Assembly: GCF_001194135.2 (NCBI RefSeq)
Contig: NC_068982.1
Location: 74,959,649 to 75,008,697 of the forward strand
Length of the DNA stretch: 49,049 nt
Direction of reading: 5' to 3'
DNA from: Octopus bimaculoides
Lineage: Eukaryota
Positions 25,503 through 37,857 of the stretch are shown piece by piece; position 1 is the first letter of the stretch, and each line of letters opens with the position of its first letter. Both the position numbers and the translations under genes were made by a program. The notes beneath the pieces are model-generated. The model searched no databases, was not told the origin of the DNA, and worked only from the letters and a program-made list of their open reading frames with translations.

Positions 25503-25907
25503 TAATTCTTTTATTCTTTTACTTGTTTCAGTCATTTTTGACTGCAGCCATGCTGGAGCACCACTTTAAAGGGCTTTTTAGCAAAAGAAATTGATCCTAT
25601 GACATTCTTTGTAAGCCTAGTATTTATTCTATCAGTTTCTTTTGCCAAACTACTACATTACGGGGACGTAAACACACCAACATCAGTTGTCAAGCAATGG
25701 TGGGGGAACAAACACATATACAAAGAGACACATACACACACACACACACAACAGGCTTCTTTTAGTTTCAATCTACTAAATCCATTCCCAAGGCTTTGGT
25801 CAGCCTGAGGCTATAGTAGAAGACACTTGCCCAAGATGTCATGCAGTGGGACTGAACCCAGAACCATGTGGTTGGGAAGCAAGCTTCTTACCACACAGCC
25901 ATGCCTG
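25503..25907 (-). mobile_element. Near full-length tRNA-derived SINE
   Basis: Reverse complement has head gcaggcatggctgtgtggtaagaagcttgcttcccaaccacatggttctgggttcagtcccactgc and tail gactgaaacaagtaaaagaataaaagaa. Confidence 0.8.
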
Positions 25908-26894
25908 TATCTATATCACAGCTATGCTTGTGCACCAAATCTGTAAGCAGTAATTCACCAATGTAAGTAGTAAAAAAACACTGTAATTGATTGTTACATA
26001 TTATCAAGCGTAGTTAAGTACACACCCTTATATTGGCTTGGAGAAAGCTACAGTAAACTACTTGTCTATAAAACTAATTGCTAAACTAAAATCACCCCAG
26101 AACTGGAATATATTTACACTTTTGAAAACAAGGAATAAATACTGGTGAAACATAAAAAGCAGCAATCCGGTGCAATCACAACAAATCTATAGTATGTACT
26201 ATTGTAAAGTTCAGTTGTCCAGCAGATGTGAATGTCTGATATATTGTTATGGCAGAAGAGAACATCCATGGTGAACTAATGTGAAACCTACAGCTCTTGC
26301 ATCTATACCATAGATGTAAGATTTGCTTACAAGCCTGGAAATCCTAGGGTTTTCTCAGAAAAACCAAAAACAAAGTAAATCAGCTCACATCCCTCAAGTT
26401 CTATCAATTACATCCCTCAAGTTCTATCAGCGAAGACTTGTAAAAACAGGTCTAAAACTCCTTTGAATATGGGTCAAAGTCTTCAGTAAAGTTGCAATGT
26501 TCCAATTTACAGGAATTTTTTTTACAAGGCATTAAGTACTTATCAATGGAGCAAAGAGAGAGTTGGTTTACTTAAAACATCTCTAACCCTTTTGTTACCA
26601 GATTTCTGTAGACATACACTGCCTTTGTTTAAAATAGTTGTTAATCATCCTCATCATGGTCATTCAAAGTCTGCCTTCCATGCTGGTATAGGTTGGACAG
26701 TTTGACAGGAGCTGGTCAGGCAGGCACCTGCACCAGACATCTGAGTCTATTTGGCATGGTTTTTACAACTAGATGTCCTTCCTAACACCAACCACCCAAC
26801 AGAGTGGAGTAAAATAACTGCATTATTAAACCAGTGTTTAGATCATAAATTAACATGAAATTTTGATGGAGGGTTTTAATTTGGATCACTTTAA

Positions 26895-27114
26895 CCCTTG
26901 AGCATTTAAACTGGTCATATCCCTCCCAAATATTCTGCCTGTTTTAAGTCAAACTGGCCAGATCTGACCCCTCACACTTATCCTATAAAGTCATACAAAA
27001 ACATAAAAAGTCACATCACTGAAATCTCATAGTTATGAGATACTGTATGATAAATTCAAAATAATGTGAATAAATAAGCATTACATTTGACTGAGTAATC
27101 TGAAAACTAGAGGG
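26895..27114 (+). mobile_element. piggyBac-type MITE, family A, nested in a reversed family B copy (26587-~27140)
   Basis: TTAA|CCCTTGAGCATT...CTAGAGGG|CTAA; the flanks match family B in reverse orientation. Confidence 0.75.
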
Positions 27115-27682
27115 CTAAAACAGAAAATTTACATTACCAAACCAGGAGCAATCTCAGGCAGATGGACATGAAAAGTATTAAGATCTTGTAATGTGTTCTG
27201 CCAGCTCACACACACCATGCCTTATAGGTGCCAGTGTGGCCATATGGTGAAGGAGTTTGCTTCTCAACCACATAGTTTCAGGTTCAGTCCCACATTATGG
27301 CATCTTAGGCAAGCATCTTCAACTATAGTCTTGGGCTGCCCATTTGGTAGGCAGATACTGAAAGAAGCCTATTGACTATGTGTACGAATGTAAATATTGG
27401 TCTAGGTGTGCGAGTAGGTTTGTGTCTCGGTATCTTGACATCACATAATAGTTGTCAATGAATGCAACTGTCATACAAGCAGTGTCATTCACTTCCAATA
27501 TTCTGCAAAACCATGTCCAATATTCTGACAGAGAAATATTACCTAGCTTGGAAACTGGTGACAAGAAGGACATTAAACCAGAGAACATCTGCTTCAAAAT
27601 ACTCCATCCGATCCATGCAAGAATGGAAAAGTGCACATGAAAACGATGATGAAATAGTAGTTATCAATTAATAATCTCAAAT

Positions 27683-28620
27683 CATCATCATCATCATCGT
27701 TTAACGTCCGCTTTCCATGCTAGCNNNNNNNNNNNNNNNNNNNNNNNNNNNNNNNNNNNNNNNNNNNNNNNNNNNNNNNNNNNNNNNNNNNNNNNNNNNN
27801 NNNNNNNNNNNNNNNNNNNNNNNNNNNNNNNNNNNNNNNNNNNNNNNNNNNNNNNNNNNNNNNNNNNNNNNNNNNNNNNNNNNNNNNNNNNNNNNNNNNN
27901 NNNNNNNNNNNNNNNNNNNNNNNNNNNNNNNNNNNNNNNNNNNNNNNNNNNNNNNNNNNNNNNNNNNNNNNNNNNNNNNNNNNNNNNNNNNNNNNNNNNN
28001 NNNNNNNNNNNNNNNNNNNNNNNNNNNNNNNNNNNNNNNNNNNNNNNNNNNNNNNNNNNNNNNNNNNNNNNNNNNNNNNNNNNNNNNNNNNNNNNNNNNN
28101 NNNNNNNNNNNNNNNNNNNNNNNNNNNNNNNNNNNNNNNNNNNNNNNNNNNNNNNNNNNNNNNNNNNNNNNNNNNNNNNNNNNNNNNNNNNNNNNNNNNN
28201 NNNNNNNNNNNNNNNNNNNNNNNNNNNNNNNNNNNNNNNNNNNNNNNNNNNNNNNNNNNNNNNNNNNNNNNNNNNNNNNNNNNNNNNNNNNNNNNNNNNN
28301 NNNNNNNNNNNNNNNNNNNNNNNNNNNNNNNNNNNNNNNNNNNNNNNNNNNNNNNNNNNNNNNNNNNNNNNNNNNNNNNNNNNNNNNNNNNNNNNNNNNN
28401 NNNNNNNNNNNNNNNNNNNNNNNNNNNNNNNNNNNNNNNNNNNNNNNNNNNNNNNNNNNNNNNNNNNNNNNNNNNNNNNNNNNNNNNNNNNNNNNNNNNN
28501 NNNNNNNNNNNNNNNNNNNNNNNNNNNNNNNNNNNNNNNNNNNNNNNNNNNNNNNNNNNNNNNNNNNNNNNNNNTAGTTTTTCACCCTGGAATGAGATAG
28601 AAGTTGTTTCCTGTTTGTTT
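27683..28620 (-). mobile_element. Second 5'-truncated young RTE LINE, mostly in a gap
   Basis: (ATC)n tail at left. 28575-28620 is nearly identical to 11411-11456. Confidence 0.8.
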
Positions 28621-30448
28621 GCATCAAATAATTTAGCAACATCACAGGCAAAAAAACTTTGGTTGAAGCTGAGAGATTTTAATACAAGACCATATTGTAA
28701 ATTTAACTTCATAACATCTGCACTGACTTACAGATGATAACTGAACATTTTTAGCTCAGTATTTATAGTCAGTACATACTTTTAAAATAGATACAAACAA
28801 GGCTTTGTGGTTAAGAAGTTCACTTCCCACCTACATGGCTTCAGGTTCAATCCCAATGCAGAGCACCATAGACAAGTGTCTTCTAATAAAGTTTGAGTGA
28901 ACCAAAGCCTTGTGAGTGGATTTGGTAGGCAGAAACTCAAAGTGTGTCATGTGTATATGTGAGTGCACGAAAGTAATTGTGTCTCCTTGTCTGGGTTTCA
29001 CATGACAGTTAAATGATGATGATTGTCGGAAGATGAGCAGCAAAAATATGCTCATAAATTTTGTGAACGCTGCCACACAGGTGAGATTGATGCAACCTTG
29101 ATATTTAGCTTGAACATATACAGGTCAATGACTGTAGAAAAAAAAAACAGTGGGAAGGAACTTGAAGTAAGCTTAGTATTACTTTGGTTCTTACTTTGAG
29201 GGATAAAATCCAAATTTGATCATAACCAGACTTTACTATATTCACTCTAACACTTTTCTATGCCAGCTCATCAGCAACTATCTCCTGTTATGTCACCGGT
29301 TATAAGAAACTATTATTGCCAAGCAAATTGTATTTATTAATGTTGACAAAGTGCTTTTAACGTGGATAAAACCATGTTAAAATCACTCATGCTAATGCCA
29401 CATAAAGAGCAACCAGTACACTCAGCAGAGTGGTTGGCATTAGGAAGGGCCATAGAACAGACAATGGAACCTGATGCAGTCCCTGGCCTTGCCAGCTTTG
29501 TCAAACCATCCAACCCATACTAGCATGGAAAACATACATTAAAATGATGATGATAATGATGACAGAGGGCCTTATTCAAGTCAATTAATGTTATTCCACA
29601 GCAAAGTGTTTATCAAAGTAATATACAGCAGTTACACTAGGCACCATATTTTCTGCTGGCTTTAATCAACTGAATAACCAAGTAAAACTAGTTGCATGGA
29701 AGACAATCAGAAAAGAAAAACTTCTCAACACAGGAAAGGTAGCTATTTTAAAATAGCCTTGGTGACATGACCATTGGGTTGAGTTACATGACACTGTCAT
29801 ACAAAATGCATGCAACTCAACAATAGTAAAACACTGACACTACACCTTGTTCTAAAAGTATGTGTTTATGTTAAAAGCAGAAAAGATTTCCCTTTTCTTC
29901 ATGCTGACTGTCACATTGTCACTGAAAATGTTCACAGATGACTCCATTCTCAACTCCCAACAGAGAGATAAAGTCAAGTATCATCATTATCATTTAAATG
30001 TTCGCTTTTCCATGCTTACATGGGTCAGATGGAATTTACTGATGTAACTCTTCTACAGCCAGATGCCAGTCTTGTCACCAAACCTTACCTGTTACCAAGC
30101 AAAGTAACATTTCCTCATGGTTAGATATGCTATTCCAAAATACTGGAAATAAACAACATTCCTTTACAACAATTATGTGATGTGAAGACAAGGGCACAAA
30201 CAACTGCCACTATAATAACTCTGAAGTAAACATTTGATGTTTCTTGGGTGAAGTAGTAGTAAAACTTCAGTAACAAAGTGTGGGCATTTTACAAACTTCA
30301 TGTGTTGATTGTGGAAATAGTGCAAAGGTGCAATGAGAATTTAAGGCACCATTCTTGTGAAACAAACTAGTTATTTGTGCAGTCCATCTGATTATATTAA
30401 CAAAATCGGTCATTTATAAATATGCATATATATATATATATATATATA

Positions 30449-30591
30449 TTTGGCGTTAGGAAGGGCATCCAGCTGTAGAAACTCTGCCAAATCAGATTGG
30501 TGCCTGGTGTAGCCATCTGGTTTCACCAGTCCTCAGTCAAATCGTCCAACCCATGCTAGCATGGAAAGCGGACGTTAAACGATGATGATGA

Positions 30592-30595
<4 letters not shown>
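30449..30595 (+). mobile_element. Short young RTE 3' end
   Basis: Near-identical to 104-256 and flanked on both sides by (TA)n. Confidence 0.85.
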
Positions 30596-30637
<42 letters not shown>

Positions 30638-30706
30638 CTTACATAAAAACACATCCATATTCACACGTATATATAACCCTCTTCTGTGTGTGTATATAAA
30701 CATATA

Positions 30707-31568
30707 CAGGATGCGATGGGTAAACTGTCACCATTTTATATTTATAATTTTGTGCACACGCATTGTTTGTTTTTGATTTTGTCGACTACACAGTATAGTA
30801 GGGTCAGTTGGGCACTGTCTGAGAAAAACGGCACGATGATGCAATTCACTCTGCCAGAAATTTGGAAATGACATGCTATACTGCTTGGCATTTGCACCTG
30901 AAGTTCCAATATGAACATTTCAGAGTGTTTGGGTGTCAATCTGAGGATATGTACCGAGAGTGATAAAAATCAAACATCCAATCAACATCATAGTGTTTGG
31001 AGTGATCACTAGTGATGGTGACATTATGCCTCCAATCATCTTCCCACACAGCCTCACAATACGGAGGCCTACATGAAGTGCCTGGAGGAGGTAGTGCTGC
31101 CCTGGATCAAGAGGGTGGCTACTGGAAGACCCTGTGTCTGGCAACAGAACTCTGCACCATGCCACACAAGCAGCAGAACTCAGTCATGGCTGTCAGACAA
31201 TTTCTGTGACCACATAACCCTTAACATCTGGCCACCTAACTCCCCAGACTGCAACCCCCTTCATTATTACGTGTGGGGCACAGTTGAGCGAGAGACCAGA
31301 AAAACCCCTTGTAACACCAAAGATGAACAGAAGGTAAGGATTATGGCAGCATTCATCAACTTAAACAAGGAGACCGTCCAGCAGAGTTGCAGGAGATTCT
31401 GAAGTCGTCTGGAGGCCATGGTTGAATCCAAAGGCGATTTTATTAAATAAATTTACTCTTTAGTATTTCAACATATTTTTTATGTAATTTTGGTAAATAC
31501 ATCTGTTAAAAGGAGATGTCAGTGTCATTTTTGCATAACTTAGACGACAATATATTCACTGCACCCAG
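30707..31568 (+). mobile_element. Internally deleted DD37D (maT-type) mariner-like element
   Basis: TA|CAGGATGCGATGGG.. left end with a degenerate right TIR. Remnants IVFGVITSDG and WQQNSAPCH...WPPNSPDCNPLHYYVWG put 37 residues between the positions of the 2nd and 3rd catalytic Asp (now N and H). Confidence 0.85.
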
Positions 31569-32647
31569 TGCANNNNNNNNNNNNNNNNNNNNNNNNNNNN
31601 NNNNNNNNNNNNNNNNNNNNNNNNNNNNNNNNNNNNNNNNNNNNNNNNNNNNNNNNNNNNNNNNNNNNNNNNNNNNNNNNNNNNNNNNNNNNNNNNNNNN
31701 NNNNNNNNNNNNNNNNNNNNNNNNNNNNNNNNNNNNNNNNNNNNNNNNNNNNNNNNNNNNNNNNNNNNNNNNNNNNNNNNNNNNNNNNNNNNNNNNNNNN
31801 NNNNNNNNNNNNNNNNNNNNNNNNNNNNNNNNNNNNNNNNNNNNNNNNNNNNNNNNNNNNNNNNNNNNNNNNATATATATATATATATATGTACACACAC
31901 ACACACACACACATATATACATACACGTGGTGCCCCAGCGTGGCCACAGCCCTTGACTGAAACTAGTAACAGGTAACCTATATATATATACACACACACA
32001 GCCCCGAAATGTTTATAGTGTACCAAATAGTTGTAACATTTTGCAACACACATACATATACACCACAGATGCAAACACTCGACTCTGGGAGAGCTGCTGC
32101 TTTTGATGTTGTTAGACTTTGGCATGTGATAAGAATGTAGGTAGCACCAACACGATCGGATTTCAACTGGAAGAGAAAACAAAACAAAAACTTCACCAGG
32201 GTTTATCAATGTGTACAATACAGACGCGAATTTCGATCATTAAGTTATTCGGTTGTTTGTATTTCACTAGAAACGTCATTAATGCCCTGTCATAATTACT
32301 ACAGCGGAGACAGTCATTGTATTTTTATTGTTTTTTGTTTTTTTTTTTGCGTGGCAATACGTACAGTTTAGTACCCGACAAAATCTGTTTCCTCTTAATT
32401 TTTCGAGTAGATTACGATTATGTTGATAACACGTAAGGAGGAAATTTGGTGGAGTCATTCTTCCACTAACTTTGATTCTGTTATTGACCATTTTCATAAC
32501 TTAGCAGTTTTCACGTTTTTATTTGTTTCCGTTTTTTTTTTTTTGGAGGTGGAGGAAAGGTTTATGTTTGCAACATCAACAAAAGCTACACTCAAAAACG
32601 TTTCTCTGCTAAATTTAGTTTAAAATAAGTATTTTTCAGAAACTTAC

Positions 32648-32760
32648 GCAAAGTCAAAGAGGGGGCGCTAAACTGTAGTTATGCCATTTTTCCTACTACT
32701 TAGTTATGTATAATAAACCTATAGTTCAGCGGTGACGATACGAGAATACACGTACACTAC
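32648..32760 (-). other. Candidate non-coding alternative first exon inside the intron after the C2 exon
   Basis: Consensus donor TGC|gtaagt at 32648 in CpG-richer, non-repeat sequence, with no good upstream acceptor. The 5' limit is a guess. Confidence 0.3.
32653..32670 (+). promoter_or_regulatory. Partial CTCF-like motif
   Basis: GTCAAAGAGGGGGCGCTA matches the 3' 11 nt (AGGGGGCGCTA) of the CTCF consensus but not the CCACC 5' part. Confidence 0.25.
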
Positions 32761-33591
32761 GTATGTATACACACACATACTATTGATTAAACTTGCAAAA
32801 AATATCAGAACTTCAACATCTAATTGTTATTGTCATTTCTTTCAACAACTATGAGTGAAATGAATACATACACATATTTACACACGTTACATATATGTGT
32901 ATATAGCCCCTATATCCACTCATTTAGTGGGCCAAGTTATTGTGGAGTTTACATGAAAAGCTTCTTGACTAGAAACATGGCCTCCGCAAGCCACACTCAG
33001 AACAAATGTCATTTTTACAAGAAAAATGACAACGGAAAAGGAAAAAAAAAAGCGTGTCCGAACAACAGTTGATGGTGGAGGGGGAAATGGTTCTTTTTAT
33101 TGTAGACCCAGAATGGTATTTGGAGTAAAATGTCCAATTACTTTGTGTCAGTTCCAGTGGCGAGAAAACGGAAGCCTCATCTCTCGCTTCAGAAAAGATG
33201 TGAGGGAGGAGAAAGAGAGGGAAACAGATGAGGGGTGGGGGATATAAACCAGCTGCCAGACTTATTGGAGACATATTACGCACACACTATATGCATAATA
33301 CACACATACACACAATACACATGCACAGATACACACACATTACACACGCACACATACATCTTTTATTAGTTTCAGCTCCAGAGCTGCGGCCATGCTGGGG
33401 CACCGCGGTTTAATATGTATATATTATATTATTTATTACACACACACATACACATGCATACATACATATTACACATGTATTTATTACACACACACACACA
33501 CACATACACACGTGTGTGTGTGTGTGTGTTGTGTTCGATAACGTTGGATGGAGAGAATAAATAGGTAAAAGAGGAAGGGTAAACGACTCAC

Positions 33592-33677
33592 CTAGCGCCG
33601 AATATATCCTTTTTCGCGAGATTAACTCCAGCAATAATCTTTACATGAATTATCTGAGTAGTTCCAGGTACGTCGCT
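33592..33677 (-). CDS. NEDD4: Internal coding exon of a NEDD4/NEDD4L-family E3 ubiquitin ligase (N-terminal part of the C2 domain)
   Basis: Acceptor ttattttttgtttgcag| and donor AG|gtgagt flank 86 bp (phase 0 in, phase 2 out). Translation SDVPGTTQIIHVKIIAGVNLAKKDIFGA(S) matches the NEDD4-family motif (R/H)VKxIAGxxLAKKDIFGAS-DPYV. The split within the Ser codon matches the vertebrate NEDD4L intron position as I recall it. NEDD4 versus NEDD4L cannot be resolved. Confidence 0.92.
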
Positions 33678-34589
33678 CTGCAAACAAAAAATAACTAAAT
33701 AATAACAACAACAACAATAGGCGGCACAAGGCCAGCAATTTTAAAGGGTTCATCGATATCATCGACCCCAGAATTTGACTGATACTGCGTTTTATCAAAT
33801 CCAGAGGGAATAAAGGTAAATACTTCGGCTGGATTTGAACTCGGGACGTAAAGAGCAGCAACAAAAACAATTACAAACCATTATTTCCCCACCCCACAGT
33901 CAATAAAGTAAAGTGTAGGGCGAGGACAACAATTAGAGATATTTATAGAAAGATGGCACAGGAATTTAAAGGTTTCAATGTAGGAACGAGAATGCTGAGA
34001 ACCACATTCTATAAACTTCGAAACTTGACACATGTCGAAGGAACCACAAGAACAGCGGTAACAAAACAAATAATAGACAAACATCAAAATTAAATTCGCA
34101 ATAGCTACAGATGCTTAAGAAGTGACAGATGAATGGAAAGAGGGAGAAAATCGTGGAAAAATCAATATAAATAATTTCTAATATGACATTTTGAAGTTGT
34201 CATACATAATTTTTCCATGGTTAATTAATTGTTGCTGTTGTTTAAAGTTAAACTTTACATATATATTTCCTTTTATTATTATGATTACCAAAAGAGGGAG
34301 GCCACAACATCTCTACACCAAACACGTTATATAGTGTGGTACAGACGTATAATACATAAAGGGCGTAAATAGATGTGTTGGTTATGTACTGAATGCATGC
34401 ATAGAAATGAATAAGGTGTGAAGTGAAAAAAAAAAAACTGCTGATTGTTCATGTTTACTTACAGGGATTTCCTGCAAGCCGTATATTTCAGTTTGGGCAG
34501 CCATAAACAAGCGAAGTTAACAGTTAGACAGTCGTGAGATAGTGTGTGAGTTAGTCGTGATGGGAGGTGATAAATAGCAGCACTAACAG

Positions 34590-35030
34590 AGAGGGAGAGT
34601 GAGAGAGGGGAGAGCGACAAAAACAGCTATAGAAAGGAAGTGAGAGACGGAGAGAGAAAGACAGTTATAGAAAGAGGGTGAGAAGACAGCTGTAGAAAGA
34701 GGGGAAGAGAGAGGGGAGAGAAAGAGAGAGAGAGCATGACACACACGCGCACTACACAGAACTATAGAGATGAGATGAGAGAAAAACAGCTATAGAAAGA
34801 AGGTGAGAGAGGGAGACAGCTATAGAAAGGGGGTGAAAGAGAGGAAGAGCCATGAAAAAAAGGAGGCAGAGATAGAGGGAAGAATCTATAGAAAGATAGT
34901 TACAGAAAGAGTAGGAAAGAGACAGCTTTGAAAATAGAAGACATATGTAAAGAGGGAGAAAGTTATAGAAATGAAGGCAGAAAGAGAGGGAAAGGTTGTA
35001 GAAAGGGAGGTAGAGAGAAAAAGGCAGGGC
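34590..35030. repeat. Purine-rich degenerate minisatellite (acagctatagaaag-GA-rich unit, about 10 copies)
   Basis: Recurring acagctatagaaag core separated by GA runs; strong purine/pyrimidine strand asymmetry. Confidence 0.85.
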
Positions 35031-35096
35031 ATTGAACTGACAGTGCGTGGAGGGGTAGAAGTGAGAGTGTTGATATTGGTTATTATTAGGAGAAGC

Positions 35097-35126
35097 CAGC
35101 GTCATACAAGGAGTGTTATATATCTA

Positions 35127-35176
<50 letters not shown>

Positions 35177-35216
35177 GATATATAACACTCCTATTTACAC
35201 TCCTTGTATGACGCTG
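35097..35216. repeat. Foldback palindrome around (TA)n
   Basis: CAGCGTCATACAAGGAGTGTTATATATCTAT...ATAGATATATAACACTCC-tattt-ACACTCCTTGTATGACGCTG. Confidence 0.9.
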
Positions 35217-36049
35217 TGTATATATATATATATATAATATACATATTTGTTTTGTTTTGTTTTTAAGTGTGGGTGATTGTGGTGGCATTCTTCTTTCATA
35301 ACCATTCTCTTATTCTAATGAACCTCTATTAATTACATTTAATCTAATCCAAAATTAGTCATGAAACAAAATTCAAATGTCATTTTACAAAAAAGATCTA
35401 AATTTAGATTTAATCCATATACATAAAACTTTTTTTGAAACATACAATGTACAAAAAACATATGAGAGAAAATGACAAGTAAAACGAGTGTATGCATCGT
35501 GTATGTATTTATATACTAGCATTTTTGGGTGTATATGCATGCTTCAGTCTGTGTTGCTATTTCCTACACAGCGCGCACGTGCAAGTGAGTATACCTAAAT
35601 ACATATATTTATGCACTAAGTTCAGCATCTTGCCCGCTTTGCTGAACACACTCATATACGTTAGTTAGTGAACACTATACATAATGTCATTCTATCTCAG
35701 TATACACACTAGTTTTATCTGATGTAACATAACGAGTTGTAATCGTAAATTAGTGTCACTTGCCTGGACAAATGACAAGACAACAAGTAATAGTAGTAAA
35801 AACATAAAAGCTATGCACCACTGAAGACAGGGTCATTGAATGTGTGTGCGTGTGTTTGGCCATGTTTACGACACAACAAATGCTGTCTGTTAATTCTCAC
35901 AAGACCTAAGCGCAGTTAAAGCTCGGAAGGTAAAAGCAGACTTTCTGCCAGAATAGGATGGTAGAAGACAGTGCGTCTGAGAGGTGTACACTGTTGTAGT
36001 GAAACAGCTAAATTGCTCTCTAAATTTTGTCCATTCAAAATACAGTCAC

Positions 36050-36240
36050 CTTTTTTTCTCCATCACAAGCTTGCTGACGTTTCATCCACATATGAACTGT
36101 CATCATAGCCATATGTTCGCTTGCATCACCTTTTTATCGTTCGTTCGTCTATCATGCAACTCTCATTAAAACATCCATCGTTATGCAGAATATCGGTTAA
36201 ACTAAACGAAATTCAGTGTTGAATTCTGTCGCCATCTTTG
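36050..36240 (-). other. Candidate alternative first exon of the NEDD4-like gene
   Basis: YY1/Kozak-like CAAAGATGGCG at 36230-36240 opens the short ORF MATEFNTEFRLV*. Donor AAG|gtgact at 36050 is in phase 0 with a downstream ATG (MAMMTVHMWMKRQQACDGEKK). Confidence 0.35.
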
Positions 36241-37857
36241 AGTAATAGTGTTGTAGGGTCGTGTATATTGGGTGTGCTCTGTGAGCACTGCACAACCATC
36301 AAAGATAGTAAAAGCTATCAAAAATATCATTCTCACTCAATAATATAGTCATGAACCATGAGAAAACTCATTATTCTGTCCCTTGTTATGAAATATTGTG
36401 AGAGTTATTCTGCGATAGCACTGCACATCTCACAGCTAGTTGCATTATATATACTGGATAGATGGCGAGATAATGGGAGAGTGATAAAAATAAGGACATT
36501 TCACCAGTTTTTTTATTCACTTTTACATCTCTCTCTAAGAAAAGACTCTTTCTTTCTAGCATTCTACACTCCCCCTCCCACAAACTGGCCTCTTTAGTTT
36601 AGCTGTTCAAATTCATTAACCCCTTTCCTCTTCAAATTTTTTTTAATATTCAACCTATTAGTTAAGACTCATTCTTTCTTATTCATTTTCACAATTCCCT
36701 CTAATAAACACTGCATTTTTGTATTTGCATACATTTTCATGTATGCATAAATAAATTTAAATAGATGTTAGCAAGTGAGATTGATTTTCCTTGTGATAAT
36801 TCTCTTCATGTGGTACACTGAAATAATATGCCTTTTCAAATCTATTAATGTAAACCTAGAAACAAAGATTAAAACAGACTGAAACACCTAGATTTTCCTT
36901 TTTAATGTTTACTTTTGAGCAATACTTGTGCCAGCATGGCACCACAGAACACGCTAACATAATAATCTTCATATGCAACTGAAATTGTGTTGCCCTGCAT
37001 TTTTCATTGATATTTCAATGGCTAGGCAGCTTTCAACCTTGTATTTTAAAACATCATAGTTTCAAGTGAGTGCAATAATCTACAGAAGAAGCCAGTCATA
37101 CTATCTGTGAAGCAGAAACAAACTTATAGTGATGTTTCATACTTGTGTTGCAGTGACGAAAGTTTCTGAAAAAGTATGACATTAAAAATCAGACAATTTC
37201 AAGAATATGCAAGACTAAGGACAAACTAACTACATTTTCTTTGAAATATAATATTGATTTCAAACTTTGGTACAAGGCCTGCAATTTCAAAGAAGGGAGT
37301 AAGTCGATTACATTGTACCCCATTACTCAACTGGTACTTATTTTATCAACCCTGAAAGGGTGAAAGACAAAGCTAACCTCAGTGGAATTTGAACTCAGAG
37401 CATGAAAACAGACAAAATACCACTAAGCATGTCATCTGGCATGCTAACAATTCTACCAGCTCACTGCCTTCTTTAAGAAGACATAGTACTGATGCAAATT
37501 TTAGATCATTATTGGTTGGTGCATAGAAGGCTATGAAAGATGTAAAAGACACAAATCCTAAGGAAGTAGTAACAAAGTTGGTTATCCAGCAACAATCCCA
37601 TGCTAACTACATCCAAGCTATTTAAATTCAAAGTGCTGCTGTCAAACAATATGTATTTTCAAAGTTCATTGGTTTTGTAAGACATAAAATGCATCAGTTG
37701 CCTGTGCATTGTTACCATTCTAAGATATTGCAGTTCAACATGCATATCTTTGGTGACTGGTTTTACTCACATTTCATTCTAGCAGTGCATAAATACTAGG
37801 AAGAGGTCTTCGAATTTCCTGCCAATGCCAGTGTCACATACTTGGCATGTAAGAATC

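Noticed and set aside
29020-29080. Plus-strand exon (EDEQQKYAHKFCERCHT, CAG|gtgaga donor)
   Set aside because: No acceptable acceptor in that frame, upstream sequence is a SINE/RTE tail, and no partner exons were found.
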